Of a stretch of DNA of 64,000 nucleotides, positions 27,114-36,111 are shown in pieces; position 1 is the first letter of the stretch, and each line of letters begins with the position of its first letter. Under the pieces are notes generated by a model. That model was not told where the DNA came from and ran no database searches. It saw only the letters and a program-made list of their open reading frames with translations. Made by a program: the position numbers and the translations under genes. The stretch covers positions 21,096 to 85,095 of the forward strand of contig JAGCFD010000052.1 in NCBI GenBank assembly GCA_017650305.1, given 5' to 3'. The DNA comes from Bacteroidales bacterium (GTDB taxonomy: Bacteria > Bacteroidota > Bacteroidia > Bacteroidales > WCHB1-69).

Positions 27114-27460
27114 GACTAATCGTTTTGGCCATCATACAGTCTGTTCTCCTATGCTCTGGACAGGTCTTTTTGAAATTTGCGCTTCAGAAAATGGACACAT
27201 TTGCCTGGAAATGGTCGTTTTTTGCGTCACAGCTTACCAATTGGTGGTGGCTGGCCTGCGGCGCTGCATACGGTACAGGTGCCGTTCTCTGGATGTACAT
27301 CCTCAAGAACTTCCCCTTCTCCAGAGCCTATCCGCTCATCTCGTTGAGCTACGTCTTTGGCATGATCGCCGCCGTGCTGGTATTCCACGAAACAGTGCCT
27401 GCAACCCGCTGGATCGGCGTGCTGCTGATCATGGCGGGATGTTATTTCGTGGCACAGTGA
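27110..27460 (+). CDS. small 4-TM membrane protein (EamA/ArnE-like, DMT superfamily half)
   Basis: 116 aa, four hydrophobic helices. ATGA overlap with the upstream gene. Confidence 0.5.
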   Translation: MRLIVLAIIQSVLLCSGQVFLKFALQKMDTFAWKWSFFASQLTNWWWLACGAAYGTGAVLWMYILKNFPFSRAYPLISLSYVFGMIAAVLVFHETVPATRWIGVLLIMAGCYFVAQ

Positions 27461-27468
27461 GAAACGGA

Positions 27469-27667
27469 GAGTTAATAGATGATAGATAATAATTAATAGT
27501 TAATAGATAATAGTTGATAATTTAGGGCTAATGGCCAACGGCTAACGGCTAACAGCCAAAGTTCAAAGTCAAAGTTCATAGATAATAATTAATAATTCAG
27601 GGCTAATGGCTAACAGCTAACGGCTAATGGCTAACAGCCAAAGTTCAAAGTCAAAGTTCACAGTTAA
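27469..27667. repeat. roughly 200-nt block of about 28 phased heptanucleotide units, organised as a tandem duplication of a composite module
   Basis: Units ttaatag atgatag ataataa ttaatag ttaatag ataatag ttgataa tttaggg ctaatgg ccaacgg ctaacgg ctaacag ccaaagt tcaaagt .. . The 17-mer atagataataattaata is repeated exactly at 27482 and 27578. The 32-mer ggctaacagccaaagttcaaagtcaaagttca is repeated exactly, ending at 27577 and 27660. Confidence 0.85.
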
Positions 27668-27671
27668 TGCA

Positions 27672-28310
27672 ATGAGACAGATATTCTTGATAATCAGTAT
27701 TTTGTTTGCCCTGATGGGGAGTGAGGCGCAAACGCTGGCCAAGACCTCCCCGGAGCAGTCTAAGAAGATGCTGGAGACGGTCGCGAAAGCCACATCCACG
27801 GTGAAATCGATCCAGTGTGACTTCACTCAGGTGCGTCACTCCACGATGCTCAAGGAGAAGCAGATATCCAAAGGTCAGATGTACTTTGCAGGCAAAAACC
27901 TTAAGTGGGCTTATACCTCACCGAACAAGTACGCCCTGATAGTCAAGGACGATGGCCAACAGGTGCTGATACAGCAAGACGGCAAGACCAGAAAGGCGGA
28001 GGGACAGAGTGGACAACTGTTCAAGGGCATCGCGCAGATTGTGATGAACAGCGTGACGGGTGCAGCCCTGTCCAATAGTAGCGACTTCTCGGTTGAGATG
28101 TACACACAGGCAAACACTTGGGTGGCCAAATTGACCCCCAAACAAGCCAAGTTGAAGAAGATGTTTTCATCTATCTATCTTTATTTCAATGATAAGCACA
28201 ATGCTGTCTATAAAGTCGAGATGAAAGAGGCAAGTGGTGATGTCACCACCATCACCTTCTCCAATGTGAAACTCAATGAGAAAATCTCAGATTCGGTATT
28301 CAATTCATGA
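27672..28310 (+). CDS. LolA-like outer-membrane lipoprotein carrier family protein
   Basis: 212 aa from MRQIFLIISILFALMGSEAQ (signal peptide). LolA-like motif IQCDFTQ..KGQMYF. The track start at 27627 lies inside the heptad array. Confidence 0.55.
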   Translation: MRQIFLIISILFALMGSEAQTLAKTSPEQSKKMLETVAKATSTVKSIQCDFTQVRHSTMLKEKQISKGQMYFAGKNLKWAYTSPNKYALIVKDDGQQVLIQQDGKTRKAEGQSGQLFKGIAQIVMNSVTGAALSNSSDFSVEMYTQANTWVAKLTPKQAKLKKMFSSIYLYFNDKHNAVYKVEMKEASGDVTTITFSNVKLNEKISDSVFNS

Positions 28311-28332
28311 TGATTAAATCTTTGAGGAAAAG

Positions 28333-28692
28333 ATGAGGTTAGAAAACGAATTATATAAGCTTGTCGATAGAGACGAAAGGTCCGCGCGGGTACGCCTGCT
28401 GCCGGACAGCGTCATTTTCAAAGCGCACTTCCCTGGGAATCCTGTGACACCAGGAGTTTGTCAGGTTGGAATGGTGGAGGAGCTGGTCGAGATGATACTT
28501 GATTGCAAACTGCATCTTCGCGAAGTCAAGTCGCTTAAATATCTGGAGGTCTTGAGGCCGCAACCCGATCAGACGGTTGTCATATCCTTCGACAATCTGG
28601 AGCCGGAAGATGCCGAGTTGAAAGTCAAGGGAAGTATAGCCGCTGAGGATAAGATATTTACGAAGTTCTCATTAGTATTTGTGAAGCAATGA
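28333..28692 (+). CDS. hotdog-fold dehydratase (FabA/FabZ-like)
   Basis: 119 aa. Motif HFPGNPVTPGV. Confidence 0.7.
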   Translation: MRLENELYKLVDRDERSARVRLLPDSVIFKAHFPGNPVTPGVCQVGMVEELVEMILDCKLHLREVKSLKYLEVLRPQPDQTVVISFDNLEPEDAELKVKGSIAAEDKIFTKFSLVFVKQ

Positions 28693-29456
28693 ATGAAGAC
28701 TGGGGACACTTTTGCGATGAGGAGCGCATCTGTGTGATCGTTCCGACCTACAATAACGAAAAGACCATTGTGGAGGTCATTCGCCGTATCCAGTCATTTA
28801 CCCATAATATTATTGTGGTGAACGATGGGAGCACGCCCGAAACGATGTCCCTCATCACCAATTCTTTTCAAGATGATCGTCCTGACGTGGTGGATTATGC
28901 TCCCAATCGGGGCAAGGGTTATGCGCTGATGCAAGGCTTTCGTAGAGCCTTGGAACTTGGCTACCGTTACGCCATTACCATCGACTCTGACGGGCAACAT
29001 TATCCGGAAGATATCCCCTTGTTTCTGGAGGCGTTCAAGGGAAACCGAGGTTCGCTGATTGTGGGTGCGCGCAATCTGACCGCCGACAATATGCCCTCCA
29101 AGAACACCTTCGCCAACAAGTTTTCCAACTTCTGGTTCCGGCTGCAGACGGGCATCCCGTTGGAAGATACGCAGAGTGGATTCCGTCTTTACCCCTTGGA
29201 ATCCATCAACTTGCGTTGGCCTATAACCCCGCGTTATGAGGCAGAGTTGGAGCTGCTAGTCTTCTCCGCATGGCGTGATGTCCCCGTGATGTCAGTGCCT
29301 GTGCGTGTCTATTACCCACCCGAGGATGAACGTGTTAGTCACTTTAGACCGTTCTGGGACTTTTTCCGCATCAGCGTGCTCAATTCCATCCTTACCTTTG
29401 GAGCGCTGCTTTACTATCTGCCTTTAAAACTATGGCGGAGATGCACGAAGAGATAG
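28689..29456 (+). CDS. family 2 glycosyltransferase
   Basis: 255 aa. Motifs VIVPTYNNE and DSDGQH (DxD). C-terminal TM helix. Confidence 0.85.
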   Translation: MNEDWGHFCDEERICVIVPTYNNEKTIVEVIRRIQSFTHNIIVVNDGSTPETMSLITNSFQDDRPDVVDYAPNRGKGYALMQGFRRALELGYRYAITIDSDGQHYPEDIPLFLEAFKGNRGSLIVGARNLTADNMPSKNTFANKFSNFWFRLQTGIPLEDTQSGFRLYPLESINLRWPITPRYEAELELLVFSAWRDVPVMSVPVRVYYPPEDERVSHFRPFWDFFRISVLNSILTFGALLYYLPLKLWRRCTKR

Positions 29457-29494
29457 TGGTGGAAGGGTAGTCCTCTCTGTTTGGAAATTTTGTG

Positions 29495-29502
29495 TATGTT
29501 TG
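29495..29502 (+). promoter_or_regulatory. -7 promoter box TATGTTTG (internal cluster promoter)
   Basis: Consensus match 71 nt upstream of the ATG at 29574. A 7-bp hairpin gtagttt/aaactac (29518-29540) lies in the leader. Confidence 0.4.
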
Positions 29503-29573
29503 CAATCTTTTTATGGCGTAGTTTGAATTTTGTAAACTACTGCTGTAGAAGTTGATAGCGACAATACACGCTC

Positions 29574-32500
29574 ATGACTGGATTTTTTTTGCGGATATAT
29601 GACTTCCTGGAGAAGCATCGCGGCTTGGCCATTGCTATAGCCGTAACGCTCACCATGCTCTTTGCTTTCCTGGCATCGCGTGTACACTATGAGGAGGACA
29701 TCGCCAAGTTTCTGCCCCGTGATGAGAAGAGTTTGAAATATCAGGAGGTCTATCAGCAGTTTGCGGCCCAGAACAGGATTGTTCTGGTCTTCTCGGCCGT
29801 TGACAGTTTTGATCTCTATGCGATGGAGGAGTCCATGCAGCTCTTAGGCGATAGTCTTTCCGATCAGGAGATGGTAGACAACCTGAATGTGAGTGTGGAC
29901 GAGTGGCAGTTTCTGGATTTGATGGATGCGATGTACGCCCACCTGCCTTGTCTCTTGGAAGATTCTGATTATCTGCGTATTGATTCTTTATTGCACGAGC
30001 CAAACCTCGTGGAGGACCAGTTGGGCCGGATTGACCGTATGCTGATGTTCCCCACGTCAGGCATGTTTCGTCATAGCATGATGAATGATCCGCTGCAGCT
30101 GTTCACGCCCGTGCTGCAAAGGCTGAATACCTTGAAGTTGAATGACGCTTTTCAGGTGATGGATGGATATCTCTTCACAGCTGACGGCCAACATGGCATT
30201 ATCACTTTCGACAGTCCGTATGGCTCCAATGAGAGTCATCTGAATGGCCTGTTGTCCGATTTTTTGGATGAAAAGATTGCTGAGGTCCAGGCTCAGGTGC
30301 CCGGGGTGGCCATTGCCGCGGTGGGAGCGCCGTTGATTGCGGCGACCAATGCGTCGCAGATTAAGCGCGATTCTCTTTTGGCGGTTGCCATCGCTGTTAT
30401 CCTCATTCTCACAATCCTGTTGTTGCATTATCGTCGGCTCTCCGACATCCTTTGGGTGGGGGCCTCGATACTCTTTGGGGCCTTGTTTGCTCTGGCGGGT
30501 GTGGCCATCATCAGGGGTGGTATCTCCATTATCGTGCTGGGCATCGGTTCTGTTATCGTCGGCATTGTGGCCAACTACCCGTTGCACTTCCTGGATGCTT
30601 ATAAGGAGGTGGGCAATCGGCGGGAGGCTTTGCGCGAGATGGTGCTGCCACTCTTCATTGGCAATTTGACCACGGTGGCGGCCTTCTTCTGCCTGCTTTG
30701 GCTGGATGCACAGGCCATGCGCGACCTGGGACTCTTCGCGTCGCTGATGCTCATCGGTACGATCCTTTTCGTGCTCATATTCCTGCCCCAGTTCATGCAC
30801 CATCGTCCCCAACCGTCCGAACATCGGCTGTTCGCCAAGCTTGCAAGCCTCCAATTGTCCCGCAGCAAAGCCCGCCCGTGGATATTCCTCGTCGGCTTGG
30901 TGGTGACGATTATCCTGGGCTATCTCTCCCAACGGATCACTTTTGACAGCGACCTGTCACATATCAACTATATGACTCCCGAGCAGCGGAAGAACTTGGA
31001 AATACTCTCCCAAGTGCAGTCCTCTGACATGATGTATGCTGTGGCAGAAGGTGCCACTCTGCAGGAGACGGTGGACCGTAATGCAGCTTTGATCAACCAG
31101 CTCAAAGGTTGCGAGGCGGTGCAGTCCGTCAGCGGAGTGGGGGAGGTGCTGCCATCCCAACAGCAGCAGAGAGCTGCCGTAGACCGCTGGAATTCCTTCT
31201 GGCAAGAGGAGTCCCGACAATCATTCATTCAAGGGTTTAAGCGTAAGGCGGCAACTCATGGCTTTACGGATGAGGCTTTCCAGCCCTTTGTGGAAAGGAC
31301 AACCCAACAATGCGAGGTCGCTGACATAGATGACTTCAATGACATCGTGGAACCGTTTACCGACAAGTATATTTATGCTGCGGAGTCGGGATGGAGGATT
31401 GTCAATTACGTCAAGACAACCGATCCTACAGCGGTGCATCCGTTGTTAGATGATGGTGATGAGAGCTTGTACGCATTCTCGGGCAGCGATCTGGGACATC
31501 AGCTGGTGGACATGCTCCGTGGCTCGTTTAACTATATCGGGCTGGTGTGCAGCATGGTGGTTTTCATTTTCCTGTTGATCTCCTTTAAAAGAATCGAGCT
31601 GGCCCTACTGGCATTCCTGCCCTTGGCTGTCGGCTGGATCTGGATTCTGGGTATCATGCATCTTACTGGTATTCAGTTTAATATCGTCAACGTTATTCTG
31701 GCCACCTTCATTTTTGGACAGGGTGACGACTATACCATCTTCATCACGGAGGGGTTGTTGTACGAGTACACGACCGGCAAACCGCGTCTTGCCTCGTATA
31801 AGCATAGTGTTGTCATCTCGGCCCTGATCATGTTCGCGGGCGTGGGTTGTCTGATTGTCGCCAAGCATCCGGCCCTGCGCTCCCTGGCGTTGGTCACGAT
31901 CGTCGGTATGGCCATGGTCGTGCTGATGGCTACCTTTATCCCGCCGTTGATCTTCGATTGGCTTACCAAGAAGAAAGGAGTTAAAAGGGAAACGCCCATC
32001 ACGCTCGGACGACTGTTGTACACCCTTTTTATCGGAGTGTGGTTCCTATGTCTTTTCCTCTTCCTGATTCCCTATACAGCGGTTTATTTCTTGTTCGGGA
32101 AGAACACGGAGGAGAAGAAGCTGCGTTATCATGCGTTGTTGAGTAGAATGGCCAATTTTTACATGCGCTATCTGCCGTTTGTCAGGTTTAGCAAGAGCAA
32201 TGTCGCTGCCGAGACCTTTGAGAAGCCCGCTGTGGTTGTGGCGAATCATCAGAGCCATCTCGACCTGCTTTGCATGATGTCGTTGACCCCGAAGATTGTC
32301 TTCCTGACCAACGACTGGGTGTGGCGGAATCCGTTCTATGGCTTGGTCATCCGCAAGGCCGAGTGCTATCCGGCAAGTGACGGCATGGAGCAGAATCTGC
32401 CTCGGCTTCGCGATCTGTATGCACGAGGCTATTCCATCTGCATCTTCCCCGAAGGCACGCGCTCCCCGAAATGCGAGATCCTGCGCTTCCACCGAGGAGC

Positions 32501-32813
32501 CTTCACGTTGGCTCGCGAACTGGGTGCCGATATCCTGCCAGTCTTCCTGCACGGTGTGGGCCATGTGCTGCCTAAGGAGGAGTTGATGTTCAGGCGAGGC
32601 GACATCCATATTGAGATTGGAGAACGTGTACGTCCATACGAGGAAGTGCAGGCCGATACGGATAGCGAGCGTGACCGCGTGGTGACCAAGCAAATGCGGC
32701 ATTTCTATCAGGATCATTATGCCGAGATTTGTCAAGAATTGGAAACACCAGCGTATTGGAGACATTTCCGAAAATATCAGGATCGATACAAGGTTCCTGT
32801 AGATAATCAATAA
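29574..32813 (+). CDS. MMPL/RND-like exporter fused to a C-terminal PlsC-type (LPLAT) acyltransferase domain
   Basis: 1079 aa. Two bundles of about 6 TM helices separated by soluble loops over residues 1-820. The C-terminal roughly 230 aa carry NHQSHLDL (HX4D) and FPEGTRS. Confidence 0.75.
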   Translation: MTGFFLRIYDFLEKHRGLAIAIAVTLTMLFAFLASRVHYEEDIAKFLPRDEKSLKYQEVYQQFAAQNRIVLVFSAVDSFDLYAMEESMQLLGDSLSDQEMVDNLNVSVDEWQFLDLMDAMYAHLPCLLEDSDYLRIDSLLHEPNLVEDQLGRIDRMLMFPTSGMFRHSMMNDPLQLFTPVLQRLNTLKLNDAFQVMDGYLFTADGQHGIITFDSPYGSNESHLNGLLSDFLDEKIAEVQAQVPGVAIAAVGAPLIAATNASQIKRDSLLAVAIAVILILTILLLHYRRLSDILWVGASILFGALFALAGVAIIRGGISIIVLGIGSVIVGIVANYPLHFLDAYKEVGNRREALREMVLPLFIGNLTTVAAFFCLLWLDAQAMRDLGLFASLMLIGTILFVLIFLPQFMHHRPQPSEHRLFAKLASLQLSRSKARPWIFLVGLVVTIILGYLSQRITFDSDLSHINYMTPEQRKNLEILSQVQSSDMMYAVAEGATLQETVDRNAALINQLKGCEAVQSVSGVGEVLPSQQQQRAAVDRWNSFWQEESRQSFIQGFKRKAATHGFTDEAFQPFVERTTQQCEVADIDDFNDIVEPFTDKYIYAAESGWRIVNYVKTTDPTAVHPLLDDGDESLYAFSGSDLGHQLVDMLRGSFNYIGLVCSMVVFIFLLISFKRIELALLAFLPLAVGWIWILGIMHLTGIQFNIVNVILATFIFGQGDDYTIFITEGLLYEYTTGKPRLASYKHSVVISALIMFAGVGCLIVAKHPALRSLALVTIVGMAMVVLMATFIPPLIFDWLTKKKGVKRETPITLGRLLYTLFIGVWFLCLFLFLIPYTAVYFLFGKNTEEKKLRYHALLSRMANFYMRYLPFVRFSKSNVAAETFEKPAVVVANHQSHLDLLCMMSLTPKIVFLTNDWVWRNPFYGLVIRKAECYPASDGMEQNLPRLRDLYARGYSICIFPEGTRSPKCEILRFHRGAFTLARELGADILPVFLHGVGHVLPKEELMFRRGDIHIEIGERVRPYEEVQADTDSERDRVVTKQMRHFYQDHYAEICQELETPAYWRHFRKYQDRYKVPVDNQ

Positions 32814-32815
32814 GA

Positions 32816-34330
32816 GTGCTAATCATGACTGATCATCATATCCATATTATCGGCGGCGGTATCGGCGGGTTGTTCACAGCTGCGCTTCTGGCCAAGGAGG
32901 GCTATAAGGTGACTGTCTTGGAGCGTAGTGCGCATGTGGGCGGCGGCTTGCAGTCGTTTTCCCGCAACGGGGTCACCTTTGATGCCGGCATGCACGTGGT
33001 GGGTGGGCTCCAGCCCGGTGGCTCGCTCAACCGCATCTGCCGTCACCTCGGCATCCTGGACCAGCTGCACTATAGACAGGTCGATGCCGATTGCGGAGAC
33101 GAGGTGTTCTGTTTCGAGGACAGGACTCGCTACCGCATTCCGCAGGGCAAGGAAGCCTTCACGAAATATTTCCAGCAGCTTTTTCCGGAAGAGCGGGATG
33201 ACATCCAACGCTATGTGGATCACCTGTTTGCTATGGCTGACAAGGTTGATTTCTTCTTCCTCAGGCCCGGTAGCGAGGCGACGATAGGGGATGATACATT
33301 CTACCAGTCTTCAGCACAGTTCATTGCCGACCATGTGCGTGATCCGAAGTTGCGCAGTCTGTTAGCTTACCTCAGCCCGCTGTGTGGGGGTGATGCCGGA
33401 TACACGCCGGCCTATATCTTTGCTTTGATCAACTATCTCTATATCAGTGGTCATTACCGTTTTGAAGGACCTGCGGAACAGCTGGCTAAGGCGTTGGTGC
33501 ACCGCATTGGCGAGCTGGGTGGCGAGGTGTTGACCAACGCGGAGGTTGTTGACCTTCGCATGGAAGATGGAAGAGTGCAGTCTCTCATTACCACTGACGG
33601 TCGCAGTCTGAAAACGGACCTCGTCATCTCCTCCATCCATCCACAAGCGATGTTAAAAATTGTCAATGGCCCATTGTTCACGAAGGCTGCCCGCGCGCGT
33701 TTGTCGGCTGCCCCGAACAACTATTCCGCTTATTGCGTCTATGTGGTGCTCAAAGATGGAATGTTCCCGTATCTCAATCATCCGTGTTATGGCTGGGACG
33801 ATTACGACAAGGTGTGGCAGTTCGGAAAGTATGATGAAGAGAATTGGCCGCAAAATTTCGTCTATTTCACCCCGTGCGAAAAGGATCAAGGCCCCTACGC
33901 AAGGGCTTTGCAGGTGATCGTCTTCTCTCCGTTTTCCATGGTTGAACGATGGGCGGACACAACGGTCGGGAAGCGCGGAAGTGAGTATGAGATGTGGAAA
34001 GCAAAACACACGGAGCAGATATTGGATAAGCTGGAACTATGCCATCCAGGGTTTCGTGCGTGTGTGGAGGCCGTCTATGATGCCACGCCGCTGACCATCC
34101 GCGACTACTTCAACGAGCCAGAGGGGTCGCTCTACGGATTGCAGAAAGACAGCCGGGATCCGTTTGCTGGCTATTTGCCGATTCGCACCAGAGCTGAGAA
34201 CCTCTTGATGACCGGCCAGAATGTCTTCCTGCACGGCTGTTGTGGCGTGCCGCTCACGGCGGTGATGACTGCCGAGGCCGTGATGGGGGAGAAAGACGGA
34301 ATTGTGAAACAGTTAGAAGTTGGCAGTTAG
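32816..34330 (+). CDS. NAD(P)/FAD-dependent oxidoreductase, phytoene desaturase (CrtI)-like
   Basis: 504 aa. Dinucleotide fold IIGGGIGGLFTAALLAKEGYKVTVLE. The last 7 codons are built from heptad units. Confidence 0.8.
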   Translation: MLIMTDHHIHIIGGGIGGLFTAALLAKEGYKVTVLERSAHVGGGLQSFSRNGVTFDAGMHVVGGLQPGGSLNRICRHLGILDQLHYRQVDADCGDEVFCFEDRTRYRIPQGKEAFTKYFQQLFPEERDDIQRYVDHLFAMADKVDFFFLRPGSEATIGDDTFYQSSAQFIADHVRDPKLRSLLAYLSPLCGGDAGYTPAYIFALINYLYISGHYRFEGPAEQLAKALVHRIGELGGEVLTNAEVVDLRMEDGRVQSLITTDGRSLKTDLVISSIHPQAMLKIVNGPLFTKAARARLSAAPNNYSAYCVYVVLKDGMFPYLNHPCYGWDDYDKVWQFGKYDEENWPQNFVYFTPCEKDQGPYARALQVIVFSPFSMVERWADTTVGKRGSEYEMWKAKHTEQILDKLELCHPGFRACVEAVYDATPLTIRDYFNEPEGSLYGLQKDSRDPFAGYLPIRTRAENLLMTGQNVFLHGCCGVPLTAVMTAEAVMGEKDGIVKQLEVGS

Positions 34331-34344
34331 AAGTTAGCAGTTAT
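34310..34344. repeat. 35-nt heptad module cagttag aagttgg cagttag aagttag cagttat
   Basis: Contains the TAG stop of the CrtI-like gene (34328-30). The ATG of the next gene (34343-45) begins in the last unit. Confidence 0.85.
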
Positions 34345-35152
34345 GAGAAAATATAGAATCCTTATAGTATGTGTTGTCCTGATATTGTTGAGTGACAATA
34401 TCTTTGCGCAGAAGTTGACAGAGTTTCTGCCCGAGGGACGAAAAGCGGATACGGCCGTAGTGGTGTGTCCGGGCGGCAGCTATTACTGGCTGGCGAAACG
34501 CGGTGAGGGCAGCGAGGTGGCGCAGTGGCTGAATGCCAACGGCTATGCCGCCTACGTCTTGGAATACCCCGTCTCCGGTTGGTGGTCGTGGTTCACCCAT
34601 ATCCGGCGGAGCTGCTGCACGCAATATCCGGGACAATTGAATGCGCTGGAAGATGCGTTAAAAACCGTTAAATCGAAGGGCTATAAAACTGTCGGTGCGA
34701 TGGGCTTCTCCGCCGGCGGTCATCTGGTGATGAGTGGTGCCGAACTTTTGCCCGACAGCACCGCGCCCGACTTCGTGGCGCCCATCTATCCTGTGATCAC
34801 CATGCGCGAACCATACGTGCACAAACGCTCCCGTCGTGGACTCATGGGAGAGCGTCGCCAGCATGACCCCATGATGTGGGATTCCCTCTCGTTGGAACTG
34901 CACGCCGCTCAGGTGCGCTGCCCTGTATTCCTGCTCAGCTGCGTGGATGACCCTACCGTGGACTGGCATAATGCCAAGATGATGGCGGACTCGCTGAAAG
35001 CGTATGATAAGGTGAACGTCTATTACATGAATCCTCAGCAGGGAGGGCACGGCTTTGGCGTGAACAGGGATAAAATGGACAAACACGAAGTCAAGGATGT
35101 GCTCGCATGGCCGGATGAGTTTCTTGCCTGGCTGCGGCGCGGTGCTCGTTGA
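34343..35152 (+). CDS. secreted alpha/beta hydrolase (esterase/lipase-like)
   Basis: 269 aa. Signal peptide and nucleophile elbow GFSAGGH. Confidence 0.75.
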   Translation: MRKYRILIVCVVLILLSDNIFAQKLTEFLPEGRKADTAVVVCPGGSYYWLAKRGEGSEVAQWLNANGYAAYVLEYPVSGWWSWFTHIRRSCCTQYPGQLNALEDALKTVKSKGYKTVGAMGFSAGGHLVMSGAELLPDSTAPDFVAPIYPVITMREPYVHKRSRRGLMGERRQHDPMMWDSLSLELHAAQVRCPVFLLSCVDDPTVDWHNAKMMADSLKAYDKVNVYYMNPQQGGHGFGVNRDKMDKHEVKDVLAWPDEFLAWLRRGAR

Positions 35153-35174
35153 TTCTGAGTCCGTTATGCTATAA

Positions 35175-36086
35175 CTATTTAGTATACGTGATGGGGATCT
35201 CGAAGAGACAGCGCACCAGTCTTCCGTCAGACTTTCCAGGCTTCCACGGCGGCATGGCCGAGACCGCCCGTACCGATTCCTCGTCGCAGGCGGGATAAAG
35301 CGAGACCTTCACTTCCGCATGAGCTACACAGCCGTCTTTTTCCACCGCAAATTCGATTAAGTTCGTGCCCCTGATGTTGTTCATTTGGGCTTTCTCAGGG
35401 TAAACCACTTCATTTCTAAGGAAGTTCATAAGCCTGTCGATTCCGCCCGAATATTCCGGCATATCTTCGACGGGCAAAGGTTTTGTTTCCCCTTTTTCGT
35501 GCTCAGTCTCAGTGTTGGACGGTATGTCGGCATTGTCAGGCTCGTTGTGCTGGGCTATATATTCAAGGTATTCGCGGCAGTATCCGACTTTTTCGAGGAG
35601 ACGCTGCTTTTCAGAGCCAGTGCTGAGGTTAGCGGCCTGTTGGTAAAGACGGAACGCTTCGTTTTTGTCCTCTTTCACGTCTCTGCCACACCAGTAGGCG
35701 TCGCCCAGTCTTTCCACCGCTTCCACATGGTTAGCGTCGACCGCCTTCTTCAGATAATGAATCGCTTTCTCCATGTCGCCGCACTTTCTGTACGCGTTGG
35801 AGAGCTTGAAAGCATCCGCATCCTCCAGCCGATTCAGGAGTTCTATGGTTTTGATTTGCTCGCACGGCTGGTCACTCAAAAGGTCGTTTTCCGCAACCTT
35901 GAACAAAGCTTCCAGATTCCCTTCGTTAGCTGCTTTCCGGTAATAGTTCAAGGCTTTCGGCCACTGTTTCTCACCAGCGGCCTCATATTTTCGCGCCTTC
36001 AGCAGCGCCTTCTCGCCCTGAGCGTGCAGCAAGCCGAAAGAGAGTGCGATCAACACTATGGTGGAAAGAATGTGTCTCATATTCAA
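35175..36086 (-). CDS. Sel1/TPR-repeat protein with TonB C-terminal domain
   Basis: 303 aa. Signal peptide, Sel1-like repeats, C-terminal PEYSGGIDRLMNFL..PPWKPGKSDG TonB_C-like domain. Confidence 0.65.
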   Translation of the reverse strand: MNMRHILSTIVLIALSFGLLHAQGEKALLKARKYEAAGEKQWPKALNYYRKAANEGNLEALFKVAENDLLSDQPCEQIKTIELLNRLEDADAFKLSNAYRKCGDMEKAIHYLKKAVDANHVEAVERLGDAYWCGRDVKEDKNEAFRLYQQAANLSTGSEKQRLLEKVGYCREYLEYIAQHNEPDNADIPSNTETEHEKGETKPLPVEDMPEYSGGIDRLMNFLRNEVVYPEKAQMNNIRGTNLIEFAVEKDGCVAHAEVKVSLYPACDEESVRAVSAMPPWKPGKSDGRLVRCLFEIPITYTK

Positions 36087-36103
36087 TCATGTTTAGTTGC
36101 TTG

Positions 36104-36111
36104 CAAAAATA
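36104..36111 (-). promoter_or_regulatory. -7 promoter box TATTTTTG
   Basis: The reverse complement of caaaaata lies 17 nt upstream of the ATG at 36086. Confidence 0.5.
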
